Assembly: GCA_963678065.2 (NCBI GenBank) | Contig: CAXXVZ010000003.1 | Location: forward strand, 192,001 to 256,000 | Length of the DNA: 64,000 nt | Reading direction: 5' to 3' | Source of the DNA: Treponemataceae bacterium | Lineage (GTDB): Bacteria > Spirochaetota > Spirochaetia > Treponematales > Rectinemataceae | In this document: piece after piece, positions 10,370 to 20,758 of the stretch | How positions within the stretch are numbered: position 1 is the stretch's first letter | Layout of the letters: every line of letters starts with the position of its first letter | Program-made: the position numbers and the translations under genes | Notes under the pieces: generated by a model | What the model saw: the letters and a program-made list of their open reading frames with translations, nothing else | Told to the model about the DNA's origin: nothing | The model's database searches: none

Positions 10370-10935
10370 ACTGCCCCGACAGAAAGCTTCTGTCCGTGTA
10401 CGCGGACGGCGAACTCGATTCCCCGTGGAAGCAGAAGGTGGAAGCCCATATCGCGGGTTGCCCTTCCTGCGCTGGCATCTGCCGATCATACACTTCACTT
10501 TCAGAAAGCCTTGACCTCCTCGGCACCTCGAGGGAGAAGGCTGTTCTCGCCCGGATGACGGTCATGCCTCCCGCCGCCATCGCCTCACCGCCGCGTGGCC
10601 GGATAACGGTGTCTGCTCCGTCCATCCCATTCTGGCGTCGCCCTGTCGCGCTTCCTTTCCCTGTCGTCACGGCAGCTGCCCTCGTCCTGACTCTCGCGAC
10701 AGCCTTCGCCATCGCCGGGCGCATTCCATTGGGAAACCGTGGCACAAGCATGCCCGCGATCGCCAAGACTGTCATTTCGGCCCAGCCCGCGACTTTCGAG
10801 GCCCTCGTCCGCTCCATCGACGCTCAAGGGGGCGATTCGGTGATGACAATCGTCCTTCCGCCGGAGGCCACCATACAGAGCTCCGGCGATCCTGTCCTCA
10901 TGACGGCGTCGACGGCCACAGGCGGCAACAGGTGA
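10366..10935 (+). CDS. Zinc-finger (zf-HC2) transmembrane anti-sigma factor
   Basis: ATG overlaps the sigma stop (ATGA). MNC...LSVYADGEL...HIAGCPSC (HxxxCxxC) plus one TM helix. The 10057 start in the ORF track is over-extended. Confidence 0.88.
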   Translation: MNCPDRKLLSVYADGELDSPWKQKVEAHIAGCPSCAGICRSYTSLSESLDLLGTSREKAVLARMTVMPPAAIASPPRGRITVSAPSIPFWRRPVALPFPVVTAAALVLTLATAFAIAGRIPLGNRGTSMPAIAKTVISAQPATFEALVRSIDAQGGDSVMTIVLPPEATIQSSGDPVLMTASTATGGNR

Positions 10936-11663
10936 GATTCAGCCTCCGGACTTCTGGCGAAAGTGGAATGCTCCTGCTGTTCGCCGCTTTCCTGTTCGCA
11001 AGGATGCCGCTGTCGGCGCAGACCAAGCCCGCTCAGGCCGGAGCGTCCACGACGGTTCCCGCACAGGGACAGGTTCAGCCCAGTCCTCCGCCTCAGGGAC
11101 AGTCCGCGTCCACGACGGTTCCCGCGAACCCGAAGACCTCCGTTCCAGCGAAGACCTACTCGATACGGGTCCGCGCGAGTGTCGTGGGAATCGGAAAGGA
11201 TTCCGCCGACTCAAGCGCTCTCTCTCAGCAGAGCACCCGGCAGCAGGGATCTGGCTCTGCCCCGGCAGCCGTCCAATCGGCGCCCAGCCTCAGCGCGTCT
11301 CTTCCGGATTCTCCGGAAGCGAAGGGGGGCTTCGTCGAAGCCCTCGACAGAAAGGCCAAGTGGGGCGTCGAGCAGATCAAATACGCCTCGCCGGGAACAC
11401 CGATCCAGGTCAAACTCATCGGCGCTAACATAGTATCCCTCATCCAGCTCATTCCTTTCGAAAATGGCCCCAACTCCCTCGACGTTGTCGCCTCGGGCCA
11501 GGTCTGGGTCATGATGCCCGACGGCGGAATAAAATACCGGACGACGGTGAGCACACTCTCGGTGACCCTGGCGGAGCGGATGTTCTTTTTCCCTCTCGGA
11601 TACGGGCCCGACGGCTCGGCCCCTCTCGTCGTCGAAATAATCGTAGACAGGCTCGCGAAATGA
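10932..11663 (+). CDS. Hypothetical exported protein
   Basis: Signal-peptide-like N-terminus, low-complexity P/Q/S linker, GTGA overlap with the upstream stop. Confidence 0.7.
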   Translation: MRFSLRTSGESGMLLLFAAFLFARMPLSAQTKPAQAGASTTVPAQGQVQPSPPPQGQSASTTVPANPKTSVPAKTYSIRVRASVVGIGKDSADSSALSQQSTRQQGSGSAPAAVQSAPSLSASLPDSPEAKGGFVEALDRKAKWGVEQIKYASPGTPIQVKLIGANIVSLIQLIPFENGPNSLDVVASGQVWVMMPDGGIKYRTTVSTLSVTLAERMFFFPLGYGPDGSAPLVVEIIVDRLAK

Positions 11664-12115
11664 AATCTGGCGGAGCGCCGCAGCCCGATAATGGGGAACG
11701 CGCCGCCCCCCAGACGCCCAAAAGACCGAAACGGAGACTGAAAAACATTCTCGCTGCTTTCCTCGTCGTGTCTGTCGCCTCGGGCGGCCTGTACGCGTAT
11801 GTCCGCCTCAGCTCTCCTTTCATCCTCGCCCTGGAGCCTGCCGTCGCCGAGCCCGGATCTGTCATCAGGATCATCGGAAGCAATTTCGGGGACCGCCAGG
11901 GGGACTCCCGTGTTCTCATGGACGGAGTCGAGCCGACGCGCTCGTCCTACCGTTCGTGGACCGCTACGGCCATAGATATAGCAGTTCCCCCGACCGTGGA
12001 CTCCGGCCTCGTGCGGGTGTATACCTCGCACGGAGCGTCAAATCCCGCCATGTTCCTCAGCGCGGCCCTGCTGCCCCTCGTCGTCTCTTCTTCTTCTGGG
12101 GTAAAAAGCCCCTGA
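11660..12115 (+). CDS. Membrane-anchored IPT/TIG-domain protein
   Basis: TM helix followed by P.I..LEP....PGSVIRIIGSNFG...SWT.T.I...VP pattern; ATGA overlap. Confidence 0.75.
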   Translation: MKSGGAPQPDNGERAAPQTPKRPKRRLKNILAAFLVVSVASGGLYAYVRLSSPFILALEPAVAEPGSVIRIIGSNFGDRQGDSRVLMDGVEPTRSSYRSWTATAIDIAVPPTVDSGLVRVYTSHGASNPAMFLSAALLPLVVSSSSGVKSP

Positions 12116-12233
12116 GGGTCGGTCGGTTGCGACGAGTGCGGCCCGGGAGCCTGCCGTTGCGAAGATGCGGATTTCCTTTTATACATAGAGAAGCCGCCGG
12201 GTTCCGACGGACCGGCGCCCTTGAGGAGGAAAC

Positions 12234-13517
12234 ATGTCATTGATTCAAACACAGGATCCGGAACTCTGGAAGGCGATGGAGCTCGAATCCGCGCGGCAGA
12301 GAGACAAACTCGAACTGATCGCGAGCGAGAACTACACCTCGCGCGCCGTCATGGAGGCGGTCGGCTCCGTGCTGACCAACAAATACGCGGAAGGCTATCC
12401 GGGCAAGCGCTACTACGGCGGCTGCGAGTTCGTCGACATGGCGGAAAACCTCGCCCGCGATCGGGCAAAAGCCCTCTTCGGATCCGACCACGCCAATGTC
12501 CAGCCCCACTCGGGAAGCCAGGCGAACATGGGCGTACTCTTCGCGGTCCTCCAGCCGGGCGACACCATCCTGGGCATGGACCTCGCGCACGGCGGTCACC
12601 TGACGCACGGGGCTCCCGTCTCCTTCTCGGGAAAGATGTACAAGGTGGCGCGCTACGGGGTGAACCGCGAGACGGAGACCATCGACTACGAGGCTCTCGC
12701 CACCCTCGCGAGAGAGAACAAGCCGAAGGTCATCATCGCGGGCGCCTCGGCCTATTCGCGGGTCATCGACTTTGCCCGCTTCCGCGCCATAGCCGACGAA
12801 GTGGGCGCCTACCTCATGGTAGATATGGCGCATATCGCGGGACTGGTCGCGACGGGCCATCATCCGAGCCCGATACGGATCGCGGATTTCACGACGACGA
12901 CGACGCACAAGACCCTTCGCGGGCCGCGGGGCGGAGCGATCTTCGTCGGCACCGACAGGGAAAACGACCAAGGCATCATGACGCCGAAGAAAGACAGAGC
13001 GAAACTCTGGTCCGAGGTTGTGGACGGCACGATCATGCCGGGAATCCAGGGCGGACCGCTGATGCACGTGATCGCGGGCAAGGCGGTCGCCTTCCGCGAG
13101 GCTCTCGAGCCGGGCTTCAAGACCTACATCGGACAGGTGGTGGAGAATGCGGGGGCGATGGCCGCCGCCCTGGCCGCTGGCGGGGCGAGGATCGTGTCGG
13201 GCGGGACGGACAATCATCTTATGCTCGTCGACCTGACGCCGCTCGGAATTACGGGCAAGGAGGCGGAGGTCTGGCTCGACGAGGCGAACATCACGGTGAA
13301 CAAGAACGGCATCCCATTCGACCAGAAGAGCCCCTTCGTGACCTCCGGCATCCGCGTCGGGACCCCCGCCGTGACGACCCGGGGTATGAAGAAGGAAGAG
13401 ATGGGCGAGATTGCGGGCTACATCATGGATGTCCTTAAGTCCAAGGGCGACGCCTCCGTCATCTCCTCTGTCAAGTCCAAAGTACTGGCTCTCACCGCGC
13501 GCTTCCCTCTGCCGTGA
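12234..13517 (+). CDS. glyA: Serine hydroxymethyltransferase
   Basis: [45 protein letters not shown]. Confidence 0.99.
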   Translation: MSLIQTQDPELWKAMELESARQRDKLELIASENYTSRAVMEAVGSVLTNKYAEGYPGKRYYGGCEFVDMAENLARDRAKALFGSDHANVQPHSGSQANMGVLFAVLQPGDTILGMDLAHGGHLTHGAPVSFSGKMYKVARYGVNRETETIDYEALATLARENKPKVIIAGASAYSRVIDFARFRAIADEVGAYLMVDMAHIAGLVATGHHPSPIRIADFTTTTTHKTLRGPRGGAIFVGTDRENDQGIMTPKKDRAKLWSEVVDGTIMPGIQGGPLMHVIAGKAVAFREALEPGFKTYIGQVVENAGAMAAALAAGGARIVSGGTDNHLMLVDLTPLGITGKEAEVWLDEANITVNKNGIPFDQKSPFVTSGIRVGTPAVTTRGMKKEEMGEIAGYIMDVLKSKGDASVISSVKSKVLALTARFPLP

Positions 13518-14605
13518 TCTGCGGTCTTTCGGCGGCAGGATTGCTCGGCCGCGAAGCCTTCCTCGAGCTGCTGGACCGGTGCGGAACCGACAGACTAGTC
13601 CGCGCGCGGTACGGTATGGATTCCGTGAAGGCTGTGCTGGTCGGTGCCCTCGCCTACGGCGAGGGCACTCTGCCTCCGCCCGCCTGGGCGACCGGGCGGA
13701 ACGGGATGGGGCAGGGCTCCGTGCTCCGGATCGCCCGCTTCGCGCGCGCCGACTGGTACGCCGAACTCACTGCCTGCCTGAAAAGTCTGGCCCGCGGCAT
13801 CCACGACGGACTTCCTGACGATCATCCCGCGCGCGCCTTCGGATTCAGGCAAGGCTGGCATTGCCTCGCCAACTCCCGTCTCCCCGAAAAAGCCCTCGCT
13901 GTTGCGGCCGGTCTCGGATTCATCGGCAGAAACAGTCTCCTCATCGTCACCCGATCGCGCGGTGCCGGATTCCCCTCTCAGGAGTCAGCCGGCGCGGCCC
14001 TGGGGCCGGGAGTCGTCCTCGGCCTTCTCCTCATGCCTGTCGACGCGGATACTGCGCGGAACGCCATTCTGCGCCTCTCCGGCGGAGCCGTATCCGATCC
14101 TGACGACCCCGCAATCCCTTCCGGCGAATGTGTCGCCACCAGACCGGCCATCTCCGCGAATCCGGATTTTCCGGGAAAACCCGGAGCTCTCTGCGGTTCC
14201 TGTCGGGCCTGCGTCGATGCCTGCCCCACGCATGCGGTGCTGCCCGGAGGCGGGATCGAACGGGAGCTCTGCCTCCAGCACTGGTCGACCATTCCGGGCG
14301 AGCTTCCCGATGCAATCAAGAGGAATTGGGGTGAGCGGCTCTACGGCTGCGATGTCTGCCTCGAGGCATGTCCCTGGTTCCGGGACTCGTCGAATGGTCG
14401 CCTTCCGACTCGCGGGATACTCGGTCCTTCGCTGCCGACGGGTTTCTTCCTCTCCGCCACGGACAGCGAGATCCGTACGCGCCTTTCGCGCACCGCCCTT
14501 GGGCTCGGCTGGATGCCGCCTGAGGCCTTCAGGCGGAACGCCGGGGTCGCGGCCGGGACTGCCGGAACAATCGAAGCGACCGGGACAGCCGGAGCGCGTC
14601 CATGA
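13514..14605 (+). CDS. queG: Epoxyqueuosine reductase QueG-like 4Fe-4S protein
   Basis: [51 protein letters not shown]. Confidence 0.8.
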   Translation: MICGLSAAGLLGREAFLELLDRCGTDRLVRARYGMDSVKAVLVGALAYGEGTLPPPAWATGRNGMGQGSVLRIARFARADWYAELTACLKSLARGIHDGLPDDHPARAFGFRQGWHCLANSRLPEKALAVAAGLGFIGRNSLLIVTRSRGAGFPSQESAGAALGPGVVLGLLLMPVDADTARNAILRLSGGAVSDPDDPAIPSGECVATRPAISANPDFPGKPGALCGSCRACVDACPTHAVLPGGGIERELCLQHWSTIPGELPDAIKRNWGERLYGCDVCLEACPWFRDSSNGRLPTRGILGPSLPTGFFLSATDSEIRTRLSRTALGLGWMPPEAFRRNAGVAAGTAGTIEATGTAGARP

Positions 14606-15555
14606 TCGATGCCGCGACCATGCGCGCCCGCTCACGAATCGTGACTGCGACGCGGGACTTCTTCCTTTCACGGGGCTACCTCGAGAGCGACACGCCAGCC
14701 CTCGCCCCCTCCCTCATCCCAGAATCCAGCATCGAAGTCTTCGCGACATCCCTCGTCCATCCCTGGAAACCCGCGAGGGAACTCTATCTCGTCCCCTCGC
14801 CCGAAGTCTGGATGAAGCGCATCATCGCGCGGACCGGGTCCAGCGTCTTCCAGATCTGCAAATCTTTCCGGAACGCCGAATCATCCGGTCCCGTGCACAG
14901 CCACGAGTTCACCATGCTCGAGTACTACACTGTCGGCGCCTCGAGTAGGGACAACATCGCCCTCACCGAGGAACTCTTCTCGGCTTGTCTTCAGTACGAC
15001 AGCCCGCCGTGGCTGCGGCCGCCTTTCCGGGTCATGACCATGGCCGAGGCCTTCAGCGAGATCGCCCGCCTCGACTTGCTCCACCTCGACTCGGTCGGGG
15101 CGATGGCTGAAGCCGCCCGTTCCAGAGGCCTCATGGTCCCCGAAGGAAGCTCCTGGGAGGATGCCTTCAACATCCTCTTTCTCTCCCTCGTCGAGCCGGA
15201 ACTCCCCGCCGACAGGGCCCTCGTTCTCGACGAATACCCCTCAGGGATAGAGTGCCTCGCGCGCGATCTGCCCGGAGGCGTCTTCAAGGAGCGTTGGGAG
15301 CTCTACGTCCGCGGCGTCGAGCTGGCCAACTGCTACACCGAAGAGAGGAACCCTGCCGCGGTGCGGCGCTACTTCGATTCGCAGACGGCGCGCAAGGCGA
15401 CCGCCCTCGTTCCCCACGCTGTCGACTCAGGCTATCCGGAGCTTTTCCGCGATTTTCCCGCCTGTTCGGGCGTCGCCGTCGGCTTCGACCGCTTTGTCAT
15501 GTCGCTCCTCGGGCGCACGCGCCTCGCCGAGGTCCTCATGTCCTGTTTCGAATGA
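14602..15555 (+). CDS. epmA: EF-P lysine-34 aminoacylase (LysRS catalytic-domain paralog, GenX/PoxA)
   Basis: SPEVWMKR, FQICKSFRNAE, HEFTMLEYY, ERWELYV.GVELAN, GVAVGFDR. No anticodon-binding domain; adjacent to efp. Confidence 0.92.
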   Translation: MIDAATMRARSRIVTATRDFFLSRGYLESDTPALAPSLIPESSIEVFATSLVHPWKPARELYLVPSPEVWMKRIIARTGSSVFQICKSFRNAESSGPVHSHEFTMLEYYTVGASSRDNIALTEELFSACLQYDSPPWLRPPFRVMTMAEAFSEIARLDLLHLDSVGAMAEAARSRGLMVPEGSSWEDAFNILFLSLVEPELPADRALVLDEYPSGIECLARDLPGGVFKERWELYVRGVELANCYTEERNPAAVRRYFDSQTARKATALVPHAVDSGYPELFRDFPACSGVAVGFDRFVMSLLGRTRLAEVLMSCFE

Positions 15556-15731
15556 CGGGCTGGCCGCCTGGCTCTCTGGCCGATCCAGATCCTGCGCAGA
15601 CAAACATCCCTGCGAAATGGCTTTACTTAATCTCTTTCGTTCCGTAGTATGTCTTGGGAAAAACGGAACCGGCCGGCAGGGGCTCAAGGCTACAGGTTCC
15701 CGGCAACGAGAAGGAACGAGGAGCATCGATC

Positions 15732-16295
15732 ATGATCCGTGGCGGGGAAATCAATATAGGAACCTGTCTTCTGATCAACGGGAATCCCCACGTCGTCGTC
15801 GAACGGGATTTCGTGAGCCCCGGAAAGGGCTCGGCCTTCGCCCGCGTCAAGGCCAAAAACCTCAAATCGGGCAACGTCATCACCCAGGCCATCAAGACAG
15901 CCGACTTCGTCGAGGACGCCCAGGTCGAGCTCTCCGATTGTCAGTACCAGTACTCCGACGGCGAGAACTTCGTCTTCATGGACAACGAGAGCTTCGAGCA
16001 GTTTCTGATCCCCATCGCGACCCAGAAAGAGAAGCGGGTCTACCTCAAGGAGGGCGAGACCTACACCATCGTGATGTGGGAGGGCGATCCGATCGATATA
16101 AAGATTCCCTACAAGATGGTCTTCACGGTTGTGGAGAGCGAAAACTATGTCAGGGGCGACACGGTCTCGGGGGCGACAAAGCCTGTTACCACAGAAACCG
16201 GACTTGTCGTCAGGGTTCCTCTGTTCATCAAGCAGGGCGAGAAGATCCTGGTCAACACCGAGTCCAACGATTACGTGGAGAGAGTCAACGATTAA
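15732..16295 (+). CDS. efp: Elongation factor P
   Basis: SPGKGSAF loop, RGDT, ETGL.V.VPLFI..GE.I.VNT; SD GAGGAG before ATG 15732. Confidence 0.97.
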   Translation: MIRGGEINIGTCLLINGNPHVVVERDFVSPGKGSAFARVKAKNLKSGNVITQAIKTADFVEDAQVELSDCQYQYSDGENFVFMDNESFEQFLIPIATQKEKRVYLKEGETYTIVMWEGDPIDIKIPYKMVFTVVESENYVRGDTVSGATKPVTTETGLVVRVPLFIKQGEKILVNTESNDYVERVND

Positions 16296-17637
16296 CCTCA
16301 CAGAGCTTGTCAACAAAACGGTGGCTTTCCGGTTCATGGGCGCCGATCTCAGACTGGATCTTTCGCACGCCCTGTTCTCCTCTTTCGATATCGACCAAGG
16401 TACGAGGATGCTCCTCAAAGCGGTGGCCAGGGACGAGGTTCTCGCGAGGGCGCGTCATGTCCTCGACGCGGGTTGCGGAACAGGCGTCATCGGGCTCTCC
16501 ATAGCCAAGGCTTTCGGGCAGGCAGAAGTCGTCATGCGGGACCGCGATCTCCTAGCCGTCGCCTTTTCAGAGCGAAACCGTGTGCAGAACCGGCTTGTCG
16601 GTGTCACGGCATGGACCGATCCCGTCACGGGCGCGGTCCGGAATCCTGTCGCCGCTCCGCTCGCCTGTCCCGGCCTTCTCGCCGACGGGCGCGAGGGCGG
16701 TCCCTACGATTTCATCCTGTCCAACCTTCCCGCAAAGGCCGGAGCCCCTGTTCTCGAGGCCTTTTTCCGCAACTGCGGCGCGACCGGCATACTCGCTCCG
16801 GGCGGACGCCTCGCCGTCGTCATCGTGAACACCCTCGCCGAAAATGCGGCACAGTGGATCGCAGGCGCCGGGCTTGCCTCCGTAAAGATCGAGAAGGGAG
16901 GGGGACACACCGTCTACATTGCGGAAAAGCCTCTTCTCGAGAGCTTCCGGCGGGACGGTTTAGGGCAGGGGACGCTGCCATCCGCTTCCGGCGCTCTGCC
17001 GGAGCCCGCGTCCGGAGTGGCTTTCGAAGCCCCGAAGGATTTGAGCCTCTCCGCTATGGGCCTCTATCTGCGCCATGAAGGAAACGTCAGGGTCGGAACG
17101 CGCAGCTTCGCGGCGAAAGGATACTGGGGGCTTCCTGACTTCGACACCGTGAACCACGCCACGAATCTCGCCGCGGAGGTCATGAGCCGCACCCTCGCCG
17201 GCTCCCTCATACGCGAGTGCCTTCTCGTGAATCCGGGAGTCGGCCACCTCGCGCTCTGGATTTCCCGGGTTTTCGGTCCGAAAACGATCCGAGTGGCCTC
17301 CCGCGACACGCTCTCCCTCCTCGCCGTACAGGACAACCTCGCGCTCTCGGGACGTGCAGAGATGGAGTGCCTGCCCATGAGCTCCCTCGAACTGGAGGGG
17401 CTCAAGACGGCAGGAACCGACCTCGTCGTCTGGACGCCCGATCTCGTTCCCGACTTCGACTGGACACAGCCCGCCTGGGCTACGGCGAGTTCGATCTGCA
17501 AGGTCGGTGCCTGCATCGTCCTCATCTCGACTCCGACGGAGCTGGTCCGTTTTGCGAAGCGCAAGCCGGCGGGCTGGCGCTCTCTCGTCGACAAGCGCAG
17601 AAGGGGTATGGCTGTCATGGTGTTCCGCCGGGAGTGA
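16291..17637 (+). CDS. Class I SAM-dependent methyltransferase (RsmC/MTS-like, with a second degenerate MTase-like domain); start uncertain (ATT 16291 or ATG 16336)
   Basis: LFSSFDIDQGTRMLL, VLDAGCGTGVIG, YDFILSNLPAKAG. Confidence 0.82.
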   Translation: MNLTELVNKTVAFRFMGADLRLDLSHALFSSFDIDQGTRMLLKAVARDEVLARARHVLDAGCGTGVIGLSIAKAFGQAEVVMRDRDLLAVAFSERNRVQNRLVGVTAWTDPVTGAVRNPVAAPLACPGLLADGREGGPYDFILSNLPAKAGAPVLEAFFRNCGATGILAPGGRLAVVIVNTLAENAAQWIAGAGLASVKIEKGGGHTVYIAEKPLLESFRRDGLGQGTLPSASGALPEPASGVAFEAPKDLSLSAMGLYLRHEGNVRVGTRSFAAKGYWGLPDFDTVNHATNLAAEVMSRTLAGSLIRECLLVNPGVGHLALWISRVFGPKTIRVASRDTLSLLAVQDNLALSGRAEMECLPMSSLELEGLKTAGTDLVVWTPDLVPDFDWTQPAWATASSICKVGACIVLISTPTELVRFAKRKPAGWRSLVDKRRRGMAVMVFRRE

Positions 17638-17695
17638 GGGCCTCGCGTCCACCCTTCCGCTTCCTGCGCTGGCTTGCCGACACCTGTGCACGATA

Positions 17696-17724
17696 TTGTA
17701 CACCTCGCCGTATCTTGTTATAGT
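17696..17724 (+). promoter_or_regulatory. Sigma70-type promoter with extended -10
   Basis: TTGTAC, 17 nt, then TATAGT preceded by TGT; ATG lies 6 nt downstream. Confidence 0.6.
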
Positions 17725-17730
17725 ATTTGG

Positions 17731-18597
17731 ATGAACAAAGCCGAAAGCGCCATCATGGGCGCCAGGACTCCCGAAGCCTACATTGAAGCTTCTTTCGCGT
17801 CGAAGCTCGCGCCCTCGGTGAAAGTGCGCCTTGCGCGCGCCTGGATGCGGGCGACCGGATATACAGCCGAAGACATCCAGAGGGCGCGCAACAGACACCC
17901 TTTCTGGAAAGCGAAGAAAGCGGAAGGCGCCGCCGAACGCACCAAGAAGCGCCAGGGCGAGCACGACTACTCGGGTGGAGTCGAACTGGTCTGGACTGCC
18001 TCTCTTGTCGGTGAATTTCTCGGCATGAACGGCAAAGACGAGACGGGACGCTACCAGAACAAGGACTGGGAAATGGCGAAGCGCTTCCGCACGACCATCC
18101 CCTCCATACAGTACATGCGGCGCAGACTCGCCCTTGCGAAGCGCAGCCTCGGCCCCAGGGCCGGCAAATCCGAAATCATCGCGTTCCTCTGTCATGGCCA
18201 GACCGCCGAAGCGATACCCGGCAAAAAAACTTTGCCGGCAGTGCCGAAATCCAAAAGCAAGGCGGGCGCGGACTCAAGGCCCAGAGCCAAATCCGCGTTC
18301 GGCGTCAAACCCGTAAGCGGGAGAAAACCGGATGAGCCGGGGAGACGAGAGGGATCGACCGCCTCCACAAGGAGCCTTTCCAGAGCCAGTTCTGCAGGCA
18401 GGACCCCGGAAGCTGCGGCACCGAAGAAGTCTGGACTCCGAAGCGGATCAGACAGGAGAGAGGCCCCGAGAAGCTCCGCGAAGGACAAGTTCAGGAGTGA
18501 AAAAAAGGCCGTCGGGGCGAAGCGGAACCTTGCGGGAAAGAAACCGGCCCCGTCCAGGTCCGCGACCCGTCCCGGAAAACCGCCCAGGCAGAAGTGA
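17731..18597 (+). CDS. Hypothetical basic protein with a long K/R/S/A/P-rich C-terminal tail
   Basis: Clean ORF downstream of a TTGTAC-17-TATAGT promoter; globular N-terminal half and low-complexity basic tail. Confidence 0.75.
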   Translation: MNKAESAIMGARTPEAYIEASFASKLAPSVKVRLARAWMRATGYTAEDIQRARNRHPFWKAKKAEGAAERTKKRQGEHDYSGGVELVWTASLVGEFLGMNGKDETGRYQNKDWEMAKRFRTTIPSIQYMRRRLALAKRSLGPRAGKSEIIAFLCHGQTAEAIPGKKTLPAVPKSKSKAGADSRPRAKSAFGVKPVSGRKPDEPGRREGSTASTRSLSRASSAGRTPEAAAPKKSGLRSGSDRREAPRSSAKDKFRSEKKAVGAKRNLAGKKPAPSRSATRPGKPPRQK

Positions 18598-18618
18598 CCT
18601 GACCGGATAGCCGCCTTT

Positions 18619-20688
18619 CTACGCCCCGCTGCCCGTCGAGCCCTCGCCGAAGGGCGGCGCCCGCTTCAGAACCTCGCGCAGGACAGTGTTCTCGCTTCCG
18701 AGCAGACCCGGGTCCGCCGCAGCTATCCCGAAGGCGTCCGCCCGCGCTTTTTCCAGGATTCCGATGTCGCCGATGGGATCCGCTATGGCGAGTTTGAGGG
18801 CTCCCGCCTGCGCGGTCCCTGCGATCTCGCCGGGGCCGCGGATGCGAAGGTCCTCTTCAGCGAGGACGAAGCCGTCCGAAGTCGAGAGCATGGCTTTGAG
18901 CCTGGCCTTCGCGTCCTCCGTCGGCTGTTCCGCGTAGACGAGAAAGCAGTAGGACTGTGCGCTTCCGCGTCCGACCCTTCCTCTGAGCTGGTGCAGGGCG
19001 GCCAGGCCGAAACGCTCGGCGTGCTCCACGACCATGACGGCCGCGTTCGGTACGTCGACGCCGACTTCCACGACGGTTGTCGCCACCAGGACCGAGCTTC
19101 TTCCTTTCACGAAATCGTCCATCACGCTTCGCTTGTCGACTTCTTTGAGCCGGGAATGAATGAGGCCGACCCTGTATCCCGCGAAGACCATCGAGGAGAG
19201 CTCCTGTGCCATGGACTGTGCGTCCTTGAGGTCTGCCTTTTCCGACTCTTCTATGAGCGGATACACGAAATATGCCTGCCTGCCCTCGGCGAGGAGTTTG
19301 CGGACGAAATCGTAGACCTTGGGGGCGTTTTTCGTCGTCGCGAGGTGGGTGACGATGGGTTTGCGGCCGGGCGGCATCGTGCGGATGGTTGAAACCGCGA
19401 GATCTCCGAAGACGGTGAGGGCGAGAGTCCTCGGGATGGGGGTGGCCGTCATCATGAGAAGGTCGGGCATGTCGCCTTTGCGCCCCATGGCCACCCTCTG
19501 GAGGACTCCGAAACGGTGCTGTTCGTCCACGACGGCGAGCCTGAGGTTTTTGTAGACGACATCCTCCGAAAAGAGAGCGTGCGTCCCGAGGACGATGTCG
19601 AGGCTGCCCGAGGCCAGGGCGGCGAGAACCTCCCTGCGCGAAGCGTCGTCGGTGGTTCCCGAGAGAAAGGCGAGCCGCAGGCCGAGGGGTTCGAGGAGGC
19701 TCGCGGTCGTCGCGGCGTGCTGACGCGCGAGGAGCTCGGTCGGAGCGAGAATTGCGGCCTGGCCGCCTGATTCGACGGCGTGGAGGCAGGCGACGAGGGC
19801 GACCAGGGTCTTGCCCGAACCGACATCGCCCTGGAGGAGGCGGGCCATGGGATGCGGACCTGACATGTCCTGGACGATTTCCGCGCACGACCTGTCCTGG
19901 TCGGGCGTGAGTTCGAAGGGCAGCCGTTCGCGCAGCCGTCGCTCGAGAAGCCCTGTCGAGATTCCGCGCGGAATCTCGATCTGCCTCCGGTACAGAGCCC
20001 TGCGCGCCACGGCGAGCTGGAAGAAGAACAGCTCTTCGTAGGCCAGACTCTCCCGGGCGGCGCGATACTCTTCGACGGAGGCCGGAAAATGGATATGCCG
20101 CAGCGCCTCGGCCTTGTGCAGGAGACCGCGCGAGGAGAGGAGGGAAGGGGGTAGTTCGTCCTCTACGCGGCTGCCCGAGACCTCGAGGGCCGTCTTGACG
20201 AGGCGCCTGACCGTCCCCTGGGCGAGTCCTTCCGTGAGGGCGTAGACGGGCACCATGCCCGACTTGGGCTCCTGACCCCCTTCCAGGGGCTCGACTTCGA
20301 AGGCGGAAGACTGAATGACGCCGTAGCGGAACTGGAATTTTCCGGTGACGAGGACGCGCGATCCGACAGGCATCTGTTTTTCGAGAAAAGCCCTGTTGAA
20401 GCAGACGAGGACGGCACGGGCCGTGTCATCCGCCACGACCAGCTTCAGGGTCCGCATGCGGCCGTAGCCGAACCATTCGTGGGCGAGGACCGTCGCCTCC
20501 GTGTGGACTTTCTCCCCCGTCGCGAAAGCCGAAAGAGGGATAGCGCGGGTCCTGTCGTCGTAGTCGCGGGGAAAGCGCCCGAGAAGATCGGCCACGGTGA
20601 GGATGCCCATCCGGGCCAATTTCTGTATGACGGCCTTGCCCGCTCCGTGCAGGACAGCGACCGGCTGTTTCAACTCGCGCAAAAACAC
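18619..20688 (-). CDS. recG: ATP-dependent DNA helicase RecG
   Basis: RLLQGDVGSGKT, APTELLARQH, DEQHRFGV, MTATPIPRTLAL, HQLRGRVGRG. Confidence 0.98.
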   Translation of the reverse strand: MFLRELKQPVAVLHGAGKAVIQKLARMGILTVADLLGRFPRDYDDRTRAIPLSAFATGEKVHTEATVLAHEWFGYGRMRTLKLVVADDTARAVLVCFNRAFLEKQMPVGSRVLVTGKFQFRYGVIQSSAFEVEPLEGGQEPKSGMVPVYALTEGLAQGTVRRLVKTALEVSGSRVEDELPPSLLSSRGLLHKAEALRHIHFPASVEEYRAARESLAYEELFFFQLAVARRALYRRQIEIPRGISTGLLERRLRERLPFELTPDQDRSCAEIVQDMSGPHPMARLLQGDVGSGKTLVALVACLHAVESGGQAAILAPTELLARQHAATTASLLEPLGLRLAFLSGTTDDASRREVLAALASGSLDIVLGTHALFSEDVVYKNLRLAVVDEQHRFGVLQRVAMGRKGDMPDLLMMTATPIPRTLALTVFGDLAVSTIRTMPPGRKPIVTHLATTKNAPKVYDFVRKLLAEGRQAYFVYPLIEESEKADLKDAQSMAQELSSMVFAGYRVGLIHSRLKEVDKRSVMDDFVKGRSSVLVATTVVEVGVDVPNAAVMVVEHAERFGLAALHQLRGRVGRGSAQSYCFLVYAEQPTEDAKARLKAMLSTSDGFVLAEEDLRIRGPGEIAGTAQAGALKLAIADPIGDIGILEKARADAFGIAAADPGLLGSENTVLREVLKRAPPFGEGSTGSGA

Positions 20689-20758
20689 GGAAAGGAGTAT
20701 ACTCGGAACGCCCCCGTCCGCGGTAGACCTGCAACCGGCCGGGAAAGGAGTACATCAC

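Noticed and set aside
12116..12233. ZMP/ZTP or THF riboswitch upstream of glyA
   Set aside because: Could not find the conserved ZTP cores (GACTGGCG...GCCTGGGC) or a convincing THF fold.
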